Below, piece after piece: positions 9,403 to 16,296 of a stretch of 32,000 bases of DNA. The notes under the pieces were generated by a model. It worked only from the letters and a program-made list of their open reading frames with translations, did no database searches and was not told the DNA's origin. Numbering within the stretch: position 1 is the stretch's first letter; each line of letters opens with the position of its first letter. The translations under genes and the position numbers were made by a program. The DNA is from Acaryochloris thomasi RCC1774 (GTDB lineage: Bacteria > Cyanobacteriota > Cyanobacteriia > Thermosynechococcales > Thermosynechococcaceae). The DNA lies in the NCBI RefSeq assembly GCF_003231495.1, contig NZ_PQWO01000009.1:90001-122000 (forward strand), given 5' to 3'.

Positions 9403-11193
9403 ATGAGTCTTAATGGCATCTCAATTGCTCAGAGAGCGTCTGAAACTCGCTTGTTGAGAAAGTTTTTGGCTTTCAGTTTGCCAGGTTCCATTGCCCTACA
9501 CCTGCTGGTTTTGGGTGTAGGCTTCGCATTACCTAGCTACGTTGAAGAAGATTTGAGCGAAGATGATGCCATTGAAATCACGCTGATTGAAGATCCAGAA
9601 TTTGTTGAGGAACCTGATCTCATTGAGCCTCCTGCAGAAGAAGTGCAAGAGGTAGAGCCAGAGGCAGAGCAGGAGGTCAACGAAACCGAGCTATTGCCTC
9701 AGTCAGTTGCCATCAATCCTCCCCCTGAAAAAATAAAGCCTATTGAACCAGAACCGAAGCTAGAAGAGCCTGAGGTTAAGCCGTCACCCGAGCCAGAAGC
9801 GCTAGAAGAAGCAGAGCCAAAGCTAGAAGAGAAAGCAGAAGTAGCGCCAGAGCTAGAAGAGCAAGCAGAAGCAGAACCGAAGCCAGAAGATGCGAAGCAA
9901 GCCAAAATAGAGCCACAGGAAAGCCAATCGCAGTCTGATAATAGCGAAAAGCTAGAGCCGGAAGTGTCTCCCCAAACAGGCGGAGCCGAGTCTGCAGATG
10001 ATTCTGCACAGACTCTGACCTCTAAGTTGGGCAATCTTCTGAGTCCGTTCACTTCTCCATCGAAAAGTACAGGTCAAGCCGCTGACTCTGGTAGCAGCAA
10101 TACAGGGAATACAGCGATTCCTGCCTCTAAGGGGAAAGGTAAATCCAAGACAGCCACTCAGAATCAATCGGGCAAAACGACGCAAGCCGTTGCTCCCAAA
10201 ACAATCAAGGAGCCTAGCGGTAAACCAGCCAAGTCCCGTGGGTCTGGGCGTGGACGGCTGGGAGGAATTGGCTATGAAAAAAGTGCCAAGACTAAGACCA
10301 CCGCTGGCATGACTGAACGAGTTGAGCTGATATACAACGACAAAGGCAAAGTCGTTGATATCAAAGCGCAAGGATCAACAGGAGATGCAGAACTCGATAA
10401 AGCGCTCGAGAAAGATCGTAAGAAATACCTGAAGCAGATTCAAAAGAAGATGAAGTCTTTACCTGCAGGACAGCAGCCGAAGACGATTAAGCTAAAGCAT
10501 GAAGCCGGCTATAAACTTAATGCCAAAGAAAAGGCCCAGAAAGCCAAGAATGAGGCTCTATCTGCACAAAGGCAACAAGAGCGCAATCTGCGGAGGGCGT
10601 CGCAACAGCAGCGAGCCAAGACTCAGAGGCTCAATCCAATTCAGAGAGGTGTCGATGTTAAGCCTTCGGCTTCGTCATCTACTTCTCCGGCTAAGCCGAA
10701 GCCATCTGCCCAGCAGTCTCAGCCTGCTCCAAAATCTCAGTCTGCTCCCAAAGCGAAACCTGCGGCTTCACCATCTACACCCTTACAACAAAAGTCTCAG
10801 CCTGCACCGAAGTCTCAACCCACGGTGCCAAAATCTAAGCCTTCCCTTGAGAAATTTATTCCACCTTCTTCTACTCAAAAGTCTCAGCCTGCTCCAAAAT
10901 CTCAACCGGCTTCTTCTCCTCCGAAGTCTCAGCCTGCTCCCAAGGCTAAACCACCTGCACAGCAGTCCAAGCCTGCAGCGCCGAAGCCAGTTGCACCCAA
11001 GCCAAAACCTGCAGCGCCAAAACCTGTGGTACCGAAACCTGTGGCTCCAAAATCGATCGCTCCTAAGCCAAAACCGGCGGCTCCAAGACCTAAGCCAGTA
11101 GCTCCAAAGCCAGTGGCCCCAAAACCTAAGCCGGTAGCCCCAGCCCCAAAGCCTAAACCAGTTTCTCCGATTGCAGCACCGGTGGGGGAATAG
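9403..11193 (+). CDS. TonB-like energy-transducer protein with atypical domain order
   Basis: 596-aa ORF. The N-terminal TM anchor carries an S-x3-H motif (GSIALHLLVL). An Glu/Pro-rich spacer follows (EPEPKLEEPEVKPSPEPE...). A short TonB_C-like segment lies near aa 280-345 (GMTERVELIYNDKGKVVDIKAQGSTGDAELDKAL). The protein ends in a 250-aa Lys/Gln/Pro tail with KSQPAPKSQ and KPVAPKPKPAAP repeats. Confidence 0.65.
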   Translation: MSLNGISIAQRASETRLLRKFLAFSLPGSIALHLLVLGVGFALPSYVEEDLSEDDAIEITLIEDPEFVEEPDLIEPPAEEVQEVEPEAEQEVNETELLPQSVAINPPPEKIKPIEPEPKLEEPEVKPSPEPEALEEAEPKLEEKAEVAPELEEQAEAEPKPEDAKQAKIEPQESQSQSDNSEKLEPEVSPQTGGAESADDSAQTLTSKLGNLLSPFTSPSKSTGQAADSGSSNTGNTAIPASKGKGKSKTATQNQSGKTTQAVAPKTIKEPSGKPAKSRGSGRGRLGGIGYEKSAKTKTTAGMTERVELIYNDKGKVVDIKAQGSTGDAELDKALEKDRKKYLKQIQKKMKSLPAGQQPKTIKLKHEAGYKLNAKEKAQKAKNEALSAQRQQERNLRRASQQQRAKTQRLNPIQRGVDVKPSASSSTSPAKPKPSAQQSQPAPKSQSAPKAKPAASPSTPLQQKSQPAPKSQPTVPKSKPSLEKFIPPSSTQKSQPAPKSQPASSPPKSQPAPKAKPPAQQSKPAAPKPVAPKPKPAAPKPVVPKPVAPKSIAPKPKPAAPRPKPVAPKPVAPKPKPVAPAPKPKPVSPIAAPVGE

Positions 11194-11269
11194 TCCTAGA
11201 TCTAAATCTTGCGTTGAGCATCCTTTGAGAAAAAAGAAAGCAACTTACTCGTTGAGGTATCAATGCCAC

Positions 11270-11640
11270 TGCAGCGATTCGGATACAAAGGGAAAGTCTG
11301 AGTCAACAAATTGCCTCAGCCAAAGCTGGAATCTTCACTCGTACGGCTCGTCGCATCGAAGCGTATACATCGTCCCCGCTGGGGACGTTCTCATAATTGG
11401 CAAACACGCCCAGGTCCACTGGATAGTTTATGGAAAAAGGAACTCAAGCCAATGCTTGAAGCAGAACCGTGTCTAGAGGCAACGACTCTATTTGAGACCG
11501 ATCCTCCAGGAGCCGTTTTACCCCCAGCGTTTCGACGACGGCCTTAGAACTGTGTAACGGCGGATATCGAAATGAAAAGTGACCCATGGTAAACCCAAAG
11601 GAGTGATGTTTGAGATCCGCTATGGTATTGCCTTTGGTGT
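11270..11640 (+). pseudogene. Decayed transposase N-terminal remnant (HTH plus linker of a DDE/rve-type transposase; family not assignable by eye)
   Basis: Transposase-like peptides are spread over three frames and interrupted by stops. They read LSQQIASAKAGIFTRTARRIEA (HTH-like), then RSHNWQTRPGPLDSLWKKELKPMLEAEPCLEATTLFE, then LRTV*RRISK*KVTHGKPKGVMFEIRYG. No intact ORF and no catalytic core are present. Confidence 0.4.
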
Positions 11641-11691
11641 GGTGCTATCTCCGTTAAGTTGTCAGTATCGGCAGGCCTGTTACGCTCTCAG

Positions 11692-12783
11692 TCAGTTTTG
11701 TTTGACAAGCTCGCAGACGCGATATTGCGGTACAGGAATCATCTCTATTTGTACGTTTCGTTCCTTTGCTGATTTAGAAGCGGTGAGAACAGTCCCATAC
11801 TCTTCAACTCTGACCCTGTACTGTCGCTCAATACCGTCAGCATCTTGATACTGAATCTTTACATCAGCCCACTTTGCATCGTCGGTCCATTTCTCCAACC
11901 ACATTTGTAGAAGCTGAATCGGAAGATAGCGCAGAAGTGAATATAAAGGTCGCTTTATGCCCGGCAACCCTTTTCGCTGGAGTCGGCCTGTTCTGGGATA
12001 GGTTAACCACTGCCATCCTTCCTGCATCCAGACTTCACGCTCAGCAATTTGCTCAAATTTGCCTAAACCTGACCAGCCCCGATAGAAGGGACGCATGTTA
12101 TGAATTGGACCTTCTCGGTGGATTAGGGAGGGCAGAATTTCATCTTCGAGGTGTCCCCAGAGCTGTCCTGTGGGTAAGTCTAATAGGGTTGGCGCGAATT
12201 TATGGCCGCCGAAGTGAGTGCTTTTCCAAACTCGCAATGACTCACTATTTGCAAAGTTTTGACGAAGCTTCCGGTATAGTGGAGTCCCAAATCGACCACA
12301 GGCCAAATCAACCTGAGTGTGGGTGCAGATCAGAATATCCCGGAGATGTTGGGTGGGCTGCAGATATTGATCAAATTCAGGTAGCGTATTCGCTTTCCCC
12401 ATTAAATGATCGAGAAGGGCTATGGCTAAGTGTGGGGTCTCAGAATCTGGGACTAGGTAGTCCTGCTTCTCGTATTGAGCAAAGTACGTCTGGGGTCGCC
12501 GATAGTAAATGATGCGGGTATAGCCAGGGCAGGAATATTCGGGGTCAGATGAGATCGCAACTGGCCTCAACTTAATCCCGTGCCGCAGAATCAGTTTCTT
12601 TAACAGAGGCAATAGCTGACTAATCAATGGATGCGTGGCAAACATCTCACGGGGCCAAGGCTGCGGAATTTCCATGACCAGCCAGTGATCTGCAGTCCCC
12701 GCCGTGCCAATGGGATCTTCACCATTCGCCTTAGAGACCAAGGAACAGTATCGGCAATCATTGAATAATTCTGTTGTGCCCAT
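11692..12783 (-). CDS. Sucrase/ferredoxin-like (thioredoxin-like [2Fe-2S], Apd1/Aim32-type) protein
   Basis: 363-aa ORF with the family N-terminus (CRYCS...GEDPIGTAGTADHWLVMEIPQPWP). It has a CX8C motif (CTHTQVDLAC, aa 153-162) and an HX3H motif (HFGGH, aa 190-194). Confidence 0.8.
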   Translation of the reverse strand: MGTTELFNDCRYCSLVSKANGEDPIGTAGTADHWLVMEIPQPWPREMFATHPLISQLLPLLKKLILRHGIKLRPVAISSDPEYSCPGYTRIIYYRRPQTYFAQYEKQDYLVPDSETPHLAIALLDHLMGKANTLPEFDQYLQPTQHLRDILICTHTQVDLACGRFGTPLYRKLRQNFANSESLRVWKSTHFGGHKFAPTLLDLPTGQLWGHLEDEILPSLIHREGPIHNMRPFYRGWSGLGKFEQIAEREVWMQEGWQWLTYPRTGRLQRKGLPGIKRPLYSLLRYLPIQLLQMWLEKWTDDAKWADVKIQYQDADGIERQYRVRVEEYGTVLTASKSAKERNVQIEMIPVPQYRVCELVKQN

Positions 12784-12883
12784 TTGATCTCGCTACTGAT
12801 AAGAAGAAAGCAGTGTTTCGATGCCCGTTTCGCCAACGCTCCCTTTCGTCGCAGCCGATTAAAAGCTAAAGCCGCAGATACAG

Positions 12884-12926
12884 TTAAGGGTATCGCTCAA
12901 TTCTAAAAGCTGAGCGACACCCTTAA
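12884..12926 (-). other. Long imperfect inverted repeat (16-bp arms, 15/16 paired, 11-nt loop) between the RTX gene stop and the next gene
   Basis: TTAAGGGTATCGCTCA (12884-12899) pairs with TGAGCGACACCCTTAA (12911-12926). No U-tract follows directly on the minus strand, so a terminator role is uncertain. Confidence 0.4.
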
Positions 12927-12956
12927 ACTAACTAACCTAGTGCACAACCTGGAGCC

Positions 12957-15068
12957 TTAGCCGAAGATTGACTCTTCAATCACAAAGTTGTCGGCTGTCA
13001 GCGGATCGCTGCCGTTGAGGATAGCAAATGCACCCCCATCACCAAAACCAGCTTCTGCACCATTTGTGTCATAAAACAGAGTCGTAGAGTCAGCACCAAA
13101 GATGATGCGTGCTCCGGTGGTGTCGGCATCACCAAATGAATCTACAACAGTGAAATCGGTGGCATCGCTGAAGCCTACACCTACATCACTTGTCAAAGCA
13201 GCAAAAGTTTCCGCTCCTAGTGAGATAGTGTCTTCTGCTACAGAGAACCCGCTAACGATATCTACACCTAGGTCCGCAAACGTCTGCTCACCAAAAGTGA
13301 AGAAACCAATCGTATCGCTATCTGCACCACCGATGACCAGATCATCACCAGTATTGCCAATGATGCGATCATCACCAGCGCCCCCCAAGATGGTGTCATC
13401 ATCAGCACCACCGAACAGGAGAATATCATTCCCAGCACCAGCGCTGATAACGTCTAGGCCGTCAGAACCATTAACGATATCGGCACCATTTCCAGTTTGA
13501 ATGACATCATCACCAGCACCGGCTAGGACAACATCGTCGCCGTTACCGCCAGTAATACTGTCATTGCCAGCATTACCTTGGAGGGAGTCGTCACCATTGC
13601 CGCCAGAAATCTGATCATCACCTTCAGCACCGGCTGCGATGTCATTTCCATTGCCGCCTTCAAGAATGACGCCTTCGCCACCTTCACCACCTTCACCACC
13701 TTCACCACCTTCACCGCCTTCGCCGCCAAAGCCACCGAAGAGATCTAGCTCACCAGCGAGTAAGAGATCATCACCACTACCACCTCTGATAGTGTCATTA
13801 CCTCCAGCGCCAGCAATAACATCATCACCGCGACCACCGTCTAAGAGATCGTCTCGGGTACTTCCCAAAAGAGTATCGTCGCCGCGACCACCAAAGGCCT
13901 CACCACCTTCAGTACTAACGGGACCGCCTTCACCAGCTTCACCGCCTTCGCCAGCTTCACCGCCTTCACCAGCTTCACCGCCTTCACCAGCTTCACCGCC
14001 TTCACCAGCTTCACCGCCTTCACCAGCTTCGCCGCCTTCGCTATCCGAAACTGACAGTTCAACGGTACTGTTTGCCGGATCGACGTCGTAAAGCTCACCA
14101 TCCTCAATAAAGAAATCTATGGTTTCAGTACCCTCGTCAATTCCATCTTCTAACAGCCTGAGAGTGAGGCTAGCGCCAGGCTCTGTTAGAGTCAGTTCGA
14201 TGTTGCTAGAAGAGAAGCCAGGTGGTCCAGCGAAGCCTTCCGGAGTTTCGGAGAGAATTGCCGGATCAAAGTCCAATGTATCCTGAGCAATATTAGAACT
14301 TCCAATAGCAATGGGGAGACCTTCTGGGGGAATATCGCCTTCAACATTGAAAGTAAAAGTGACTTCTTCACCTTCCGTAACCTCGGCAATATCGGCGGTG
14401 ATTCCAACTACCGGACCAGCTTCGCCGCCTTCGCCGCCTTCACCGCCTTCGCCGCCTTCACCGCCTTCACCGCCTTCACCGCCTTCACCGCCTTCGCCGC
14501 CTTCGCCGCCTTCACCGCCTAGCTCTATACTGTCAATCGCGATCACATCATCGCCACTACCACCTCTCAAGGTGTCATTTCCACGAGAGCCTTCAATGGT
14601 ATCGTTGCCACTTCCACCCTGGATGAAATCATTTCTACCACCACCAGTGACAACGTCGTCGCCAGCGCCTGCATTAATCGTATCTCCAGGGCGATCACTG
14701 CCACCAGACCCAGAAGAACGCCTGCCGCCAAAAATCACATCATCACCTGCTCCGGTCGTGATTGTATCTTGACCACGTCCTCCTTCAACAATGTCGTTCC
14801 CTCTGCCGCCACGAATTCGGTCATCGCCTCTGCCGCCATTAAGGATGTCATCACCATTTCCACCAACAAGCGTGTCATCCCCCTCATTGCCAGCCAAAAT
14901 ATCATTCCCACCAAGACCATTGATGAGATCGTTGCCCTCAGTACCGTTGAGGATGTCGTCTAATACAGTTCCATTAATCGTCATCGCTTCAATGCTCGAT
15001 AAATTTACATTTGAGGCTAAATTCTTTTCCCCACGAGAATCGTACAGTCGATCGCGCCTTATTGACAA
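12957..15068 (-). CDS. RTX-type calcium-binding exoprotein with (GGE)n/(GEGGEA)n tracts and a Calx-beta-like central domain
   Basis: 703-aa ORF with many hemolysin-type nonapeptide repeats (GGNGDDILNGGRGDDRIRGGRGNDIVEGGRGQDTI; GGNGDDVVLAGAGDDVIQTGNGADIV). It has three acidic Gly-Glu tracts and no Cys. The C-terminus resembles a T1SS-type signal region (...FAILNGSDPLTADNFVIEESIFG). Confidence 0.85.
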   Translation of the reverse strand: MSIRRDRLYDSRGEKNLASNVNLSSIEAMTINGTVLDDILNGTEGNDLINGLGGNDILAGNEGDDTLVGGNGDDILNGGRGDDRIRGGRGNDIVEGGRGQDTITTGAGDDVIFGGRRSSGSGGSDRPGDTINAGAGDDVVTGGGRNDFIQGGSGNDTIEGSRGNDTLRGGSGDDVIAIDSIELGGEGGEGGEGGEGGEGGEGGEGGEGGEGGEGGEAGPVVGITADIAEVTEGEEVTFTFNVEGDIPPEGLPIAIGSSNIAQDTLDFDPAILSETPEGFAGPPGFSSSNIELTLTEPGASLTLRLLEDGIDEGTETIDFFIEDGELYDVDPANSTVELSVSDSEGGEAGEGGEAGEGGEAGEGGEAGEGGEAGEGGEAGEGGPVSTEGGEAFGGRGDDTLLGSTRDDLLDGGRGDDVIAGAGGNDTIRGGSGDDLLLAGELDLFGGFGGEGGEGGEGGEGGEGGEGVILEGGNGNDIAAGAEGDDQISGGNGDDSLQGNAGNDSITGGNGDDVVLAGAGDDVIQTGNGADIVNGSDGLDVISAGAGNDILLFGGADDDTILGGAGDDRIIGNTGDDLVIGGADSDTIGFFTFGEQTFADLGVDIVSGFSVAEDTISLGAETFAALTSDVGVGFSDATDFTVVDSFGDADTTGARIIFGADSTTLFYDTNGAEAGFGDGGAFAILNGSDPLTADNFVIEESIFG
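13671..13737 (-). repeat. 9-bp in-frame microsatellite-like tract encoding (GGE)6
   Basis: The plus strand reads GCCTTCACC-type 9-mers repeated. The protein reads FGGEGGEGGEGGEGGEGGEG. Confidence 0.9.
13924..14040 (-). repeat. 18-bp in-frame tandem repeat encoding (GEGGEA)6
   Basis: The plus strand reads CACCGCCTTCACCAGCTT repeated about 6 times. The protein reads EGGEAGEGGEAGEGGEAGEGGEAGEGGEAGEGGEAGEGG. Confidence 0.9.
14418..14520 (-). repeat. 9-bp in-frame tract encoding (GGE)11
   Basis: The plus strand reads GCCGCCTTC / ACCGCCTTC 9-mers. The protein reads LGGEGGEGGEGGEGGEGGEGGEGGEGGEGGEGGEAG. Confidence 0.9.
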
Positions 15069-15488
15069 TTGATTTCAATAATTTTTTATTTTTCTTCTAG
15101 CAATATAAAAAGCAGGATGACTCTGTCGAGCTATTGATGCCTTTTGACTTGGAAGAGTTGATTCAGAGGCAGTCAGCAATTCATTGATACATCTGTTGTA
15201 TACAAAGCATTCTAGCCAATAAATCTAGAGCTCTATCGCCAGTGTTCTCGGTGCCTGCACTCTAGAAACAGAAGTCTATTTGAGAAGAGGATTGGTGCTA
15301 GGACTAGTGGGGCAGCGGCATTAATGAAAGCAAATTCAATTCCATTTGCACTTTATTGATAAAATATCCTTATAGATTATGGCTCTCTGTGAACCGATAG
15401 CTGTAAGGTCAATGACTACATATCGCAGGGGATGACGGGTATTAGTTCCGAACTTGCGTTGATTTATGAATGAGGATTGTTTGCACTG

Positions 15489-16154
15489 ATGATATTTACT
15501 CTTACTAACCTGCTACCACCGGAGGAAGTTACCTCAATTGTTAACCGCTTAGATCCAGAGGATTTTATCGATGGAAAGCTGACGGCTGGATGGGCTGCCA
15601 AGAGAGTAAAAGAGAACACGCAACTGGGGAGTAAGGTCAGCTACGGTAATGAGATTAAAGAGAAGCTGAAGCAAGCTTTGATCAAGCATCAAAAATTTCA
15701 GTCTGCAGCGCGACCCAAGACCGTGCATTCCATGCTCATCAGCCGCTACGAAGCAGGTATGTCTTACGGGGCACACGTTGATAACGCGCTGATGGGGAAC
15801 CATTTACGCTCTGATCTTTCCTTTACTATTTTCCTTAACTCACCCAAAGGCTATGAGGGCGGAGAACTGATCATTCAAGAGGCTGAGCAAGATCGTGCCA
15901 TTAAGCTTGAGGCTGGCTCGGTGATTGTTTATCCATCTTCGACTCTACATAGAGTTGCTGAAGTGAAAACGGGCGTTCGACTTGTCGCTGTGGGATGGGT
16001 TCAGAGTCTATTCCGCGATCCGGCCCAGAGAGAAATTCTCTATGATCTCGATCGCGCTCGTCGCTCTATCTTTAAAACCAGTGGCAAGTCTCAAGAATTT
16101 GACTGGATTGCGAAATCAATGTCAAACCTGATGCGGCAATGGTCTGATATGTAA
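15489..16154 (+). CDS. piuC: Fe(II)/2-oxoglutarate-dependent PKHD-type hydroxylase (PiuC/YbiX family)
   Basis: The track ORF starts at a TTG at 15477. The ATG at 15489 (MIFTLTNLLPPEEV...) fits the family N-terminus better. The HxD...H facial triad context is present (YGAHVDNA ... STLHRV) and the family C-terminus follows. Confidence 0.85.
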   Translation: MIFTLTNLLPPEEVTSIVNRLDPEDFIDGKLTAGWAAKRVKENTQLGSKVSYGNEIKEKLKQALIKHQKFQSAARPKTVHSMLISRYEAGMSYGAHVDNALMGNHLRSDLSFTIFLNSPKGYEGGELIIQEAEQDRAIKLEAGSVIVYPSSTLHRVAEVKTGVRLVAVGWVQSLFRDPAQREILYDLDRARRSIFKTSGKSQEFDWIAKSMSNLMRQWSDM

Positions 16155-16202
16155 TGAAGATAGGCAGTTAGCAACTTAAATCAAATCTCTGATTAGTTCT
16201 GG

Positions 16203-16238
16203 CAAAGCAGAGATAGATATCTATCTCTGCTTTGTTTT
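16203..16238 (+). terminator. Rho-independent terminator downstream of piuC
   Basis: Perfect 32-nt palindrome CAAAGCAGAGATAGAT|ATCTATCTCTGCTTTG (16203-16234) followed by TTTT (16235-16238). It lies 49 nt after the stop codon. Confidence 0.7.
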
Positions 16239-16296
16239 CTAGGCAGTAGAAGAGTTCTACTACTACCTAAAGCAAGACGGCTTCACAGCTAGATAG

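Noticed and set aside
10499-11101. 200-aa plus-strand ORF in an alternative frame of the tonB-like gene
   Set aside because: It has a Leu/Ser/Arg-rich low-complexity translation produced by the CCNAAR repeat DNA. The frame starting at 9403 has the TM anchor, SxxxH and the Pro-rich logic of TonB.
11874-12512. 212-aa plus-strand ORF
   Set aside because: It is fully antisense to the sucrase/ferredoxin-like gene, which has clear family motifs. The ORF has no recognisable motifs of its own.
13639-14772. Plus-strand ORFs 13639-14091 and 14311-14772 encoding Pro/Ser-rich (PSPPSPP) extensin-like proteins
   Set aside because: They are the antisense reading of the (GGE)n/(GEGGEA)n repeats. The minus-strand frame carries unmistakable RTX nonapeptide repeats along its whole length, so the plus-strand ORFs are shadow frames.
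15069-15476. Fur box in the RTX/piuC divergent promoter region (e.g. TTAATGAAAGCAAATTCAA near 15320; ATTGATAAAATATCC near 15355; inverted repeat GCAAAT-N8-ATTTGC at 15330-15349)
   Set aside because: The best alignments reach only about 9-10 of 19 consensus positions, which is not distinguishable from background in AT-rich DNA. The 6-bp inverted repeat is too short to interpret.
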